A stretch of 64,000 bases of DNA, taken from NCBI GenBank assembly GCA_048938895.1, contig JBHLLU010000003.1, positions 68,331 to 132,330 of the forward strand. The letters are read 5' to 3'. This DNA comes from Promethearchaeota archaeon (GTDB taxonomy: Archaea; Asgardarchaeota; Lokiarchaeia; Sigyniarchaeales; SOKP01). Numbering within the stretch: position 1 is the first letter of the stretch; each line of letters starts with the position of its first letter. Made by a program: the position numbers and the translations under genes. The notes below the pieces were generated by a model. It saw nothing but the letters and a program-made list of their open reading frames with translations, was not told the origin of the DNA and made no database searches. Below, piece by piece: positions 20,925 to 30,483 of this stretch.

Positions 20925-21772
20925 CAGTTATTCTTATCTCCACTTTTATTTTCTATTTGCTTTTCTTTAATTCTTTCCACTTTTTCTTGAGATTCCTCTA
21001 AAGATTGGACGGGAAAATTCATACTTACAGGGGTTCCAACATGAATTAAATCACTTTCTAATTCTTGCCCAATCCATGTATAGCTATTTGCACCTAAAAC
21101 AGACCCATCTTGCATTATAGTTCCCGGACTGACTATTGTCTGAGGTCCAACTACGCAAGCCTTACCAATTTTTACTTTCTTTATAACAATTCGATCATGA
21201 TAAATTAAATGAGAAAAAATGCAAATATTTAACGATGTCATTGTAAAATCTCCAATTTCGACAAATTCAGGGTCTATATAGCCTTCATAAGCGACCACAT
21301 TCTTTCCTATAGAAACACCGAACAAACGATAAATAAATATATCTGACCAAGGTATTGGAATCGCTCTAGCGAGCCAGATAGGAAAAAATGCATTCCAAAA
21401 TCTCCGATGAGTGTACTTCCATTCCTTAGTTCCTCTTCCAAATACTCCCTCTTTAGGAGGATTTAATTTATTCAATAATGTATTAATGCTGCCCGAAAAC
21501 AATATAATAGAAAATGTGAATAGGAATAAGTTCCCATAAAGGTTTAAAGGGAGTAAGAACCATTCCCACCATTGACCAATTAAAATAAAAGAAAGGAATC
21601 TCTCTCCTGTGAGTAGAAAATATAGATCATGATAAAACCAAATATTAACTAAGATTGAAACAGAACTTCCAACATATAATTGCAAAATAACGATTAAACT
21701 AAATGGTGTTTTATATACCCCTGAAGTTGAAATGTATTCTACTTTTGTTTCCAAATTTTCTTTAGTGTTCAT
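20924..21772 (-). CDS. Membrane protein with hexapeptide-repeat (LbH) domain; paralogue of downstream gene
   Basis: TM helices, PPKEG, LFGVSIGKN, VKIGKACVVGPQTIVSPG, GTPV. TGATG overlap with the next gene. Confidence 0.8.
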   Translation of the reverse strand: MNTKENLETKVEYISTSGVYKTPFSLIVILQLYVGSSVSILVNIWFYHDLYFLLTGERFLSFILIGQWWEWFLLPLNLYGNLFLFTFSIILFSGSINTLLNKLNPPKEGVFGRGTKEWKYTHRRFWNAFFPIWLARAIPIPWSDIFIYRLFGVSIGKNVVAYEGYIDPEFVEIGDFTMTSLNICIFSHLIYHDRIVIKKVKIGKACVVGPQTIVSPGTIMQDGSVLGANSYTWIGQELESDLIHVGTPVSMNFPVQSLEESQEKVERIKEKQIENKSGDKNN

Positions 21773-22028
21773 CGAAATTGTAGACCTTTAGTTATGATTT
21801 CTCTATAGTATAATATAATTTCGAAAATAATTAAAATATAATATTTAACTCAAATTATTTTAGTACTCTAAAGTCAAAAAAAATTAAAAGCTTAATTCAA
21901 TATGATATATATAATATTTCAAAATAATTCAATAAACTAGTTAAAATTTTAATGATATTTGAATTGTTCAAAGGTGAATTATAATTAGTATTGACTGGGA
22001 AAAAGCAGAACAAAAACCAGAAAAAAAG

Positions 22029-22832
22029 TTGTCAATTGAAGGCAGATTCTTACTTGATCTTAGAGCTAAGGTAAACGATCTAGAAAAACAATTGTCCGAA
22101 ACAAAAACTGAATTATCTCAAACACGAGATAAACTTGCACTCACTCAGAATGAACTAGCTGACACGAAATCTACTCTTGATGACACCCGAGATACCCTTG
22201 AAAAAACTATTGGAGAAAATCAAAGGAAAGATCAAACTATTGAAGCTTCATCAGCAGAAATTGATACATTAAAAGCAGATAAGGAAAATTTAACTAAAGA
22301 TTTAGAGGAAACTGTTGCCAAAGTTACTGATATTGGTCCAAAACTAAGTGCTTCAGAAGAAAACGTAGAGAACTTAACACAAGAATTAAAGGCTGCAAAT
22401 CAAAAACTTCAATCAGATCAAGAATTAATCAATAAACTACAGGCTGAAAATGAAGAATTAACCTCAAAACTTGCAACTGTCGAAGGTGAAATGACACAAT
22501 TAAACTCACAGCTAACTGAATTGAATAACACTCTATTACAAAGAGATACTCAAATTCAAGAGTTAAGTGATACAATGGCTGAAAAAGAACAAGCATTAGA
22601 GTCAACAACTGCTCATCTCACCGAAGTAGAATCTGAATTAGAAGAATTGAAACCGCCTGATATTGGAGCAGGAGGGTTTGCTGCTGATGAAAGAATTACA
22701 TGTCCTATGTGCGGAGCCGTCGGACATGATATTAAAACCGTTGAAGATAAAGGAAAAGTCCTAAGCTACGTCGGACATATCCCAATGTATGCAAAAAAGC
22801 ATGTTTGCAAAAAATGTGGATATGAATTCTGA
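22029..22832 (+). CDS. Long coiled-coil protein with C-terminal zinc ribbon
   Basis: ~200 aa of heptad repeats, then CPMCG...CKKCGYEF. Confidence 0.8.
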   Translation: MSIEGRFLLDLRAKVNDLEKQLSETKTELSQTRDKLALTQNELADTKSTLDDTRDTLEKTIGENQRKDQTIEASSAEIDTLKADKENLTKDLEETVAKVTDIGPKLSASEENVENLTQELKAANQKLQSDQELINKLQAENEELTSKLATVEGEMTQLNSQLTELNNTLLQRDTQIQELSDTMAEKEQALESTTAHLTEVESELEELKPPDIGAGGFAADERITCPMCGAVGHDIKTVEDKGKVLSYVGHIPMYAKKHVCKKCGYEF

Positions 22833-22986
22833 GAAAACACCAATTTGGTAGAAAAGATTAATAAAATTTTTTATAACTCCCTTTTTATTTACTGATATTT
22901 CTCTATATTAATTTTTTTGGCAGATTAGCTTTCCATGATCTATATTTAGTAGATAAAGTTTGAAATTCAAACTTTTATATACTTGT

Positions 22987-24801
22987 TTAATCATTAAATA
23001 TTTCTATTATTAACGACTTAAGAGGGGGACTATCTTTCAATTCGAGAATTTGGCTAGTCTTATGATGTTTTTCGAGAGTTTGCCATATAGATGAATTATT
23101 TTGTAAATATTGTATAAATTTTGTTAATTTTTGTTTCGCGAGATAAGTCTGTCCCTTAAACAAATAGCAAAACGAAAAGGGGTCAATTGATTCTATAAGT
23201 AATATGTAATCCCCAAATTTAACTCGATCAAGTCCTTTAGAAAAGAATTCACTACTGAAAGAATTAAAAGCAGATAAGAAGCTGCTGAAAAGATCTTCAT
23301 CAATTTTCCATTCATCTAAAAAGGGATAAGAGAAGACTAGTGTTCCCCCTTCAGCTAAAATCAATAATAATGTAGATTTTTCCTCAAGTTCGTCTGGAAT
23401 TTCAACAGAACGTTTTCCTTGGATACGTTCTAAGATTTGTTCGGTTTCTGCTAATTTAATGCGTTCAGTTATAGGAAAAGTTTCCCAAATGTCTGAGTAC
23501 TCAAGTAGTTTATCATGTTCGGTTGAAATCCCCCATGCTAATAGATCAAGTCCATGAAAGTCAGCAATACGTTGTGCTTCAATTAACAATCTTCTTCCTT
23601 CTTCAAAATTCATTTGTATTAAGGCTAATTTTCCCTGTAATAATTTTGTTTCAGCTAACCAGTAATAATTATGTGCCTTTTCTGCTATATCCAAACTTCT
23701 GGTAATCAATGGTTGAATTTCATCTAATATATTTGGATCATTATAGATAGATAACTCTTCCAATAATAAATCACATAAGCTTCCTAAAGCATGTATTAAT
23801 GCATCACCACTAACTTTTTCTATTAGTTCTTTGTAAATTGCCTGTGCTTCTACATGATCACGCATTCTTGTACTATTTTTCAATATATAAGCTTTAGCAC
23901 CTAAATATAGAGTAGAAATATCGATTCCCTTAATTTTCGATTGATTGTATAGGTCAGAAAAACGGGAGAAATAACGATTAGCTATATCAATAGAATTTTC
24001 ATCAATATGATTTCCAATTAATAAGCTAAGGGCTAAAGCCATTGGTTGAATTAGACCCCATTTTTCAGAAAGAATCAAGCTGCGTTCAAAATATTCTATA
24101 GCTAGATTGATTTTTCCGATGACCCTATACACATATCCTAATCTAAATAAATTTCTGACTAAATGATCTGTAATATTTAGCTCTTCTGATAGAGCTAATG
24201 CCTGATGTCCATACTTTAAAGCTTGGTTGATTTCACTTTTTGTATAATACAAATTGGCTAAAATTATAAATACATCAAGTTTAGTTCTATCTCTTATTTC
24301 CTCTATTGATAAACTTAATTTACAAAATTTAAATGCTTTACCATAATCTCCTTCTTGCTCGTATATTCGTGCGATTAGAGAATAACTATCTGCAATAGCA
24401 GCATTTATACCCAGTACTTTATTGATTTCTAAACTCTTTAAAGCATAATCTAATGCTTTCTTTCGTTTATCTGGAGAATTGTATATATATCCTAATAGAA
24501 GATAAGTTGTTGCAAGACCCAAATTATTTTCTAATTTCTGTTCTTCAGTCAGTCTTAGGCATTCACGTGCTAGTTCTTTTGCGTTAATAATATTGCCTTT
24601 CAAGAGGAATATCCAAGCCTTTATTCTTAATAGATCTATTTTGATAAAATCTATCGAGGGATCATCTGCATTAGTTTTTAATAATCTTTCAGCATCTTGG
24701 ACATAATGAGTTGCATTGTCTAGATCCCCACTAAATGCTATATTTGCTTTTCTTATAAGAGTTCTCGCTTGCTCTAATTCTCTTGGGGAAGAATTGGTCA
24801 T
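22987..24801 (-). CDS. TPR protein with C-terminal longin-like domain
   Basis: TPRs (YLLLGYIY...KALDYALKSLEI; LFRLGYVY...AIEYFERSL). C-terminal LLLILAEGGTLVFSY...LFSSFLSAFNSFSSEFF...FSFCYLFKG. Confidence 0.8.
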   Translation of the reverse strand: MTNSSPRELEQARTLIRKANIAFSGDLDNATHYVQDAERLLKTNADDPSIDFIKIDLLRIKAWIFLLKGNIINAKELARECLRLTEEQKLENNLGLATTYLLLGYIYNSPDKRKKALDYALKSLEINKVLGINAAIADSYSLIARIYEQEGDYGKAFKFCKLSLSIEEIRDRTKLDVFIILANLYYTKSEINQALKYGHQALALSEELNITDHLVRNLFRLGYVYRVIGKINLAIEYFERSLILSEKWGLIQPMALALSLLIGNHIDENSIDIANRYFSRFSDLYNQSKIKGIDISTLYLGAKAYILKNSTRMRDHVEAQAIYKELIEKVSGDALIHALGSLCDLLLEELSIYNDPNILDEIQPLITRSLDIAEKAHNYYWLAETKLLQGKLALIQMNFEEGRRLLIEAQRIADFHGLDLLAWGISTEHDKLLEYSDIWETFPITERIKLAETEQILERIQGKRSVEIPDELEEKSTLLLILAEGGTLVFSYPFLDEWKIDEDLFSSFLSAFNSFSSEFFSKGLDRVKFGDYILLIESIDPFSFCYLFKGQTYLAKQKLTKFIQYLQNNSSIWQTLEKHHKTSQILELKDSPPLKSLIIEIFND

Positions 24802-24958
24802 TTTTATGGATTGCACTGTATAGATTAAAATTAAGGAAGACAAATTTCCTTAAAAGCGTTATGGAAAAAACTTACATCGACTGTAATTGAAATGTTTTAT
24901 ATTTCTCTTCTCCTTGAATTCAAAATTTTAAAATATTTTACCTGTATTTATTACCATT

Positions 24959-26266
24959 ATGAATGATAGTCCCAAGAAGAAATTTATTGGATCCTTACCT
25001 CAAAAAGAACTCCTTAAGTTATATGCAAAACATGTGAATGGTCCCAAAGTACGCTTTTTCAAAAGTCTTGGTTTAGGAGTTATTCCCGGAGAAAGAGAAG
25101 GTGTTTTCCTACGTACACTGGAAGGTCCAAGACCTGGTGAACCTCCATTGGAGATGTATAACTGTCGTACTTCGGGGGGTGTTTATAATTTAGGGCATTT
25201 AAATCCAAGAATCGTCCAGATCGTTAAAGATGCATTGGATGGAGGATTGGACATAGGAGACCATATTCTCTTATCTGAACAAAGGGCTTTATTAGGTAAA
25301 AAGCTTGCTGAATTAATGCCAGGAGATATAAGCAAAACTACTTTTGGTGTTGCTGGAGGGGAGGCTGTCGATTGTGCGATTAAATTTTCAAGAGCATATA
25401 CAAAACGTAAAGGATGCATATCAGCAATCGGTGGTTATCATGGTCATACAGGTTTTGCATTAGCAACAGGAGATCCCGTTTTCAAAGACAATTTTCTCTG
25501 GAATCTTCCCGGATTTACACAAGTTCCATTTGGTGATATTGATGCCCTGAGAAAAGTCATGAATGATGATACTGCTTGCTTAATTTTAGAAACTATCCCC
25601 GCTACAGGAGGAATCTTGATTGCTTCTGAAGGGTATTTTGCAGAAGTAAGAGAGATTTGCGATGAAAAGGGCGTGATGATGATTATCGATGAGGTTCAAG
25701 CGGGTCTTGGGAGAACTGGTGTGTTTTGGGCAATCTATGGTGGACTTTATCCCAATGAGAAAGTAGTGCCGGATTTTATGGTATTGGGAAAGGGTATGAC
25801 ATCTAGTATTTATCCCTTATCTGTATGTAGCTATAAACCGTTTATTGAGAAGGCAGTCTATAAAGATGATCCATTTATTCATATCTCCACAACGGGTGGT
25901 TCTGATATTGGATGTGCGATCGCCTTAGAAATGCTCAATATCCAATCTGATCAGAAATTTTTAGATCATGTGAAAGATATGGGTAATATATTTCAAAAAG
26001 GATTGGAAGAAATTAAAGGAGATTTCCCCGATCTCCTTAATGAAGTTAGAGGTAGAGGACTCATGTGGGGTGTTGAATTCCACAATGAAAGGGATAGTCA
26101 ATTAGCTATGCTTTCTATTATAAAAGAAGGAGTCTTACTTGACTATTGTAATAATAAAAAAGATACTGTCAAAATTTTGCCCCCTTTAATCGTCGAGAAA
26201 CATGAGCTTGATGCGATTCTATCAAAGATACGCAGTGCTTTAGAAAAATTGAAAAAAATAAAGTAA
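24959..26266 (+). CDS. Class III PLP aminotransferase (putrescine/ornithine type)
   Basis: GGEAVD, YHG, DEVQAGLGRTG, LGKG (PLP lysine), VRGRGLM. Confidence 0.9.
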   Translation: MNDSPKKKFIGSLPQKELLKLYAKHVNGPKVRFFKSLGLGVIPGEREGVFLRTLEGPRPGEPPLEMYNCRTSGGVYNLGHLNPRIVQIVKDALDGGLDIGDHILLSEQRALLGKKLAELMPGDISKTTFGVAGGEAVDCAIKFSRAYTKRKGCISAIGGYHGHTGFALATGDPVFKDNFLWNLPGFTQVPFGDIDALRKVMNDDTACLILETIPATGGILIASEGYFAEVREICDEKGVMMIIDEVQAGLGRTGVFWAIYGGLYPNEKVVPDFMVLGKGMTSSIYPLSVCSYKPFIEKAVYKDDPFIHISTTGGSDIGCAIALEMLNIQSDQKFLDHVKDMGNIFQKGLEEIKGDFPDLLNEVRGRGLMWGVEFHNERDSQLAMLSIIKEGVLLDYCNNKKDTVKILPPLIVEKHELDAILSKIRSALEKLKKIK

Positions 26267-26274
26267 TGATGAAA

Positions 26275-27720
26275 TTAAATCTTTAATTTTTTATCTTCAT
26301 GGATTTTAGCCAGAGCTTCTCTAACTTGTTTTAACTTTTCCCCTTGTAAAGGATACTTATATATAGCTAGTATCGCGATTATTAGTGCGATAGCAGGATA
26401 AACAAAAATTAATATTCGAAGCGTCATTTGAATTTCCGAGGATGCAGGAAGTGTAAATACTTCCCAATCTGCTATTATAAACATCGGACCTATACTTACA
26501 AATACGACTATAATTGCTAAACGCAAGAAAAAAGAATTTACCCCGTAATATCCTGCTTCCCTCCGAATTCCCGTATTAACCTCATCTTCATCAATTATAT
26601 CACTTACAATTAAATCTATAATGTAGAAAGAGCCTGAAAGTCCAAGACCTATAAAGAAGAAAACAAGTATTGCAAGTATTTCCATATTTGGACCGAGAAA
26701 CATCAATGGAAATAATGTTACGATCCAGGAAGTCATGGAGATCATCCATGCTTTTCTATTTCCAATCTTTCTAACTATAGGTTTCCATACAAAAGTTATG
26801 AATATTACCGATGAAATAAAAGCAGCTCCCATGAGCAATGAAATCATAAATCCATCTTCTATTGCTAATACTGCTTTCGCATAGAGAGGTATGAGTGTTG
26901 GTAATATGCCATACACAAACCAATTCGCAATTTCTGCAGGAATATACCACATGAATGATTTACTTTTAATACACATTCTAATTGAGTTTGAAAAGCTTGG
27001 TGCTATTTTATAGTCTTCCTTGAAATGTTTTTTCTCTCTAGGTGTAAATATAGCGAAAATTAGACCAACTAAAATGACAATTATCATAGCAACCATTCCA
27101 AATAATTGATATTCTCCCAATGCTGTAGAAACAGCATGTGGATCTGAAGCATCTGGAGTAAAGTCCTCAATAAACAAACCTGGTAAAACAAATGCAACAA
27201 TTAAACCAAAAATGAGAAAAGCTTGTCGCACATTGTTAGCTTTTGTCCTTTCATTTTCAGAGATGAAAGTTTCTGGGAATAGTGATGTTGCATTAAGACT
27301 ATACATAGTATAAAAGAACTCGAAAATAATGATAATAATCATAAAATAAATAAAATTACCAATCTGATTATCTACTCCAATTGGAAATATTGGTGTAAAC
27401 AAAAGAAATATTATTACTCCAAGAGGTACTATAGCAATCATAATATATGGTAAACGACGTCCAAATCTTGTATGTGTTCTGTCTGATAAAGAACCAAGCA
27501 TAGGATCGTTGAGACTATTCCACACGGCCCATATTATAAACCCCATTGTAATTAATCCAATATTAAGTTGAACTACAGTAAAATAAAATGTAAACACCAG
27601 AAACGTAAAAGTTTGATAGGCAGCTTGGTCAGCTATTTGTCCTGTAGAATATTTTGCGGCCTTTATAAAAGAATATTCTTCATCAGTTCCTTTTCTTATT
27701 TCATTCATTTTTTTTTCCAT
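26275..27720 (-). CDS. MFS transporter, glycoside-pentoside-hexuronide (MelB) family
   Basis: NDPMLGSLSDRTHTRFGRRLPY, DIIDEDE..TG.RREAGYYG, ~12 TM helices. Confidence 0.9.
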   Translation of the reverse strand: MEKKMNEIRKGTDEEYSFIKAAKYSTGQIADQAAYQTFTFLVFTFYFTVVQLNIGLITMGFIIWAVWNSLNDPMLGSLSDRTHTRFGRRLPYIMIAIVPLGVIIFLLFTPIFPIGVDNQIGNFIYFMIIIIIFEFFYTMYSLNATSLFPETFISENERTKANNVRQAFLIFGLIVAFVLPGLFIEDFTPDASDPHAVSTALGEYQLFGMVAMIIVILVGLIFAIFTPREKKHFKEDYKIAPSFSNSIRMCIKSKSFMWYIPAEIANWFVYGILPTLIPLYAKAVLAIEDGFMISLLMGAAFISSVIFITFVWKPIVRKIGNRKAWMISMTSWIVTLFPLMFLGPNMEILAILVFFFIGLGLSGSFYIIDLIVSDIIDEDEVNTGIRREAGYYGVNSFFLRLAIIVVFVSIGPMFIIADWEVFTLPASSEIQMTLRILIFVYPAIALIIAILAIYKYPLQGEKLKQVREALAKIHEDKKLKI

Positions 27721-27898
27721 ATATTGTTAATTTGTATTTATATCTCTTTTTTTATTAATAAAATTTTAAGTTTGAAACCAAAAAATAGTAGGTAAATCAT
27801 TAAAATTATAAATATAACTAAAATAATATTAAATTAGAGAGGAATTCTTTTATTAGAAATTGAAATCAAATTTATTCTTAAAAAACGGGCGAAGAAGT

Positions 27899-28018
27899 AT
27901 GAAATTACCTGAAGAACAGGAAGAAAGTGAAGAAAAGGAACCAAGAAATATCAATGGCTGTCCTTATAGTACTAAAGAGTTAATCAATTGGATTATTGTG
28001 AAATTGGTGAGAAGATGA
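27899..28018 (+). CDS. Putative 39 aa peptide (not in the ORF track), coupled to the 7TM gene
   Basis: MKLPEEQEESEEKEPRNINGCPYSTKELINWIIVKLVRR*. Its TGA overlaps the next ATG (ATGA 28015-28018). Confidence 0.5.
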   Translation: MKLPEEQEESEEKEPRNINGCPYSTKELINWIIVKLVRR

Positions 28019-29097
28019 CAATAAGTGTTGAGAATTTAATACTAGTATTATCAACGGTTATTGCAGCAACTTTATTCTTGGTTGGGGGGATAATCACTTT
28101 CTTAAGTGCTATTAAGCGAAAAAGTCCACTAGTCTTTTTATTCTCTGCTAGTTGGATATTGCAAGCGATTTTTTGGTATCTAGATTCTGTGGCTCATTTG
28201 TTGTATTCATTCTTTCTCATGAGAGTAGCATTTATTCCTCAAAGTATTGGAGTTCCATGTATGTTTATTTTTCTAGAGTTGATAAAGAAAGAAAATGTAA
28301 ACCCAATCAAAATGATCTTGTTAGCATTAATAGAAACCACTTTTTTAATGTTATTATTTTTACCTGGAGCTATGGAAGTTATCCCTGGTTACGGTGTCCA
28401 TTTTGTTGGACTTACACGTTTTTTTCAGATAATCTGGCTAGTTTACTATGTGTTATTTTACCTAAGTTGGAGTTATCAAACATATAGAAAAGCCCCTCAA
28501 GAATTAAAGAAGCTAGTAACTCAGCTACTTTTTGGAAGTATTTTATTTTCTTTAGTGACTACTGTATTTTATGCAATGGGTACAATTTATAGAATGTTTA
28601 ATCCACTAGGATTCATTATACACGGAATAGGAGCACTTATAACTATTATAGTAATATTGAAAGATCCCTCAATTATATATATCTTACCTTTTAAAGCATA
28701 CAGACTTCTAGTCTTCGAAACACAAAAGGGTATTACTCTGTTTAAGCATGACTGGGCTGAATTAAGAGCTATAGAAGAAAATGTCTTTTCTATGTTACTT
28801 CAAGCAACAAGAAGTGTCTTAAACGAAATTATAAATAAAGGGGATGTACGCAAAATCGATTTGGACAAAGCCGTTCTCCTAATTCAACATGATGTAAAAT
28901 ACCCCGTTGTTTCAGCGTTAGTAACATCGAAATCTAGTAAATCATTGTTATTTGGCTTAAAGAAATTTCATGATGAGTTTACTATCAAATTTCTTTCTGA
29001 TTTGGATGATCTAATGGACATTTCCAAGTTTAAAAAAGCAGATGATCTTATAGAAAATATTTTTGATTTCATACCAAAATATGGAGGGAAATCTTAG
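28015..29097 (+). CDS. Seven-TM membrane protein with C-terminal longin-like domain (copy 1)
   Basis: Seven hydrophobic segments, then YRLLVFETQKGITLFKHDW...FSMLLQA...VVSALVTSK. GGTGA SD precedes ATG 28015. Confidence 0.75.
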   Translation: MTISVENLILVLSTVIAATLFLVGGIITFLSAIKRKSPLVFLFSASWILQAIFWYLDSVAHLLYSFFLMRVAFIPQSIGVPCMFIFLELIKKENVNPIKMILLALIETTFLMLLFLPGAMEVIPGYGVHFVGLTRFFQIIWLVYYVLFYLSWSYQTYRKAPQELKKLVTQLLFGSILFSLVTTVFYAMGTIYRMFNPLGFIIHGIGALITIIVILKDPSIIYILPFKAYRLLVFETQKGITLFKHDWAELRAIEENVFSMLLQATRSVLNEIINKGDVRKIDLDKAVLLIQHDVKYPVVSALVTSKSSKSLLFGLKKFHDEFTIKFLSDLDDLMDISKFKKADDLIENIFDFIPKYGGKS

Positions 29098-29187
29098 ACT
29101 TCATTTGTCTTACAAATTTATTTAAATAAATATATCTTAAGAAAAGTTATTGCTGTGAAGATTGTTAAAATCTAATGTGATCCAACA

Positions 29188-30285
29188 ATGATCAGTTTTG
29201 ATAATTTAATGTTAGTATTATCTGCATCGTTAACTGGAATCTTTGTAGGAGTAGGAGGCCTAATTACTTTCTTTTACGCTCTAAAGAAAAAGAATAACCT
29301 TATATTTTTATTTTCAGCATTGTGGTTATTATATTCCATATATTGGTTTATTGACGCAGCTGCTCACTTCTTCTATTCGAAAAGACTTATGACTTGGGCT
29401 ATTGTCCCGGAACTAATAGCTGCTCCATGTATTATAGTTTTTATTGAGCTTAGTAGGAAAGAACATGTAAATCCTGTAAATATTACAATGTTAATTGTTA
29501 TCGAATTTATTTTGCTAATGGTTACCTTTTTACTCCCCTTAAATGAAAATTATGAAGTGATTCAAGGTTATGGAGTTCATAATAAGGGTATCATTCGTGT
29601 AATTCAGGTAATTTTCCTATTTTATTTTGTTACTCAATATTTTTTATGGAGCTTTAAAACTTGGAGGAAAGTACCTCTGGAATTCAAACGTTCAGCCACG
29701 TGGCTTTTATTTGGCAGTACACTATTTTCTATAATAACAGTGTTAATGTATGCTATGGGAGGATTAATAAAAATTTTTAATTCACTCGCGTTTTTTACCA
29801 ACGGAATAGGGGCATTTATTACCATAATTGTGATCTTACAAGATCCAAAGATCATCTATATTTTACCTTTTACAGCTTATAGAGTATTAGTAGTTGATAC
29901 AAATGAAGGAATAGCACTTTATAAGTATGATTGGGCTGATATAGGAGAAGTTGAAGAAAATATTTTTTCGATGGTGTTACAAGCGGTTGGGAAGGTTTTA
30001 GACGAGATTTTAAAGAAAGGGGAAGTACGCGAAATTCAGATGGATAGAGCTGTATTACTTATTCAGCATGATAAAAATTACCCAATCGCCTCTGTTTTAG
30101 TCACTTCAAAATCTACAAAATCCTTAAGATCCGGTCTTAGAAAATTTAATGACCAATTTATTTTGAAATACTATCATAAAAATGTTGATGTGCATGAAGT
30201 AAGCAAATTTAGCGAAGCGAATATACTAGTACATAAGATCTTTGATTTTATTCCAGAAAGAAAAACTACATCGAAAGAAACTTGA
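29188..30285 (+). CDS. Seven-TM membrane protein with C-terminal longin-like domain (copy 2)
   Basis: Full-length paralogue of the preceding gene (shared GYGVH, DP.IIYILPF.AYR, EEN.FSM.LQA, AVLLIQHD). Confidence 0.75.
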   Translation: MISFDNLMLVLSASLTGIFVGVGGLITFFYALKKKNNLIFLFSALWLLYSIYWFIDAAAHFFYSKRLMTWAIVPELIAAPCIIVFIELSRKEHVNPVNITMLIVIEFILLMVTFLLPLNENYEVIQGYGVHNKGIIRVIQVIFLFYFVTQYFLWSFKTWRKVPLEFKRSATWLLFGSTLFSIITVLMYAMGGLIKIFNSLAFFTNGIGAFITIIVILQDPKIIYILPFTAYRVLVVDTNEGIALYKYDWADIGEVEENIFSMVLQAVGKVLDEILKKGEVREIQMDRAVLLIQHDKNYPIASVLVTSKSTKSLRSGLRKFNDQFILKYYHKNVDVHEVSKFSEANILVHKIFDFIPERKTTSKET

Positions 30286-30483
30286 ATATACCTAGTTTTA
30301 AAAACCTATTCCAGTTAAATCAAAATCCACTAATTTTTTTTTATAAAAACTTATAATTTTTTTATTAATTCGAAAATAATTCAAATTAAATTAGAAATAA
30401 CTTTAAATATCCAAATATATGTTTTATATTAGGCGTATATTTCAAGAATTTATATTTCATTAGAAAAACGGGGTGAAGTACAT

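Noticed and set aside
22029-22832. SMC or ESCRT component
   Set aside because: No Walker motifs, hinge or Snf7-like features.
28015-30285. Rhodopsins
   Set aside because: No retinal-binding Lys motif within helix 7.
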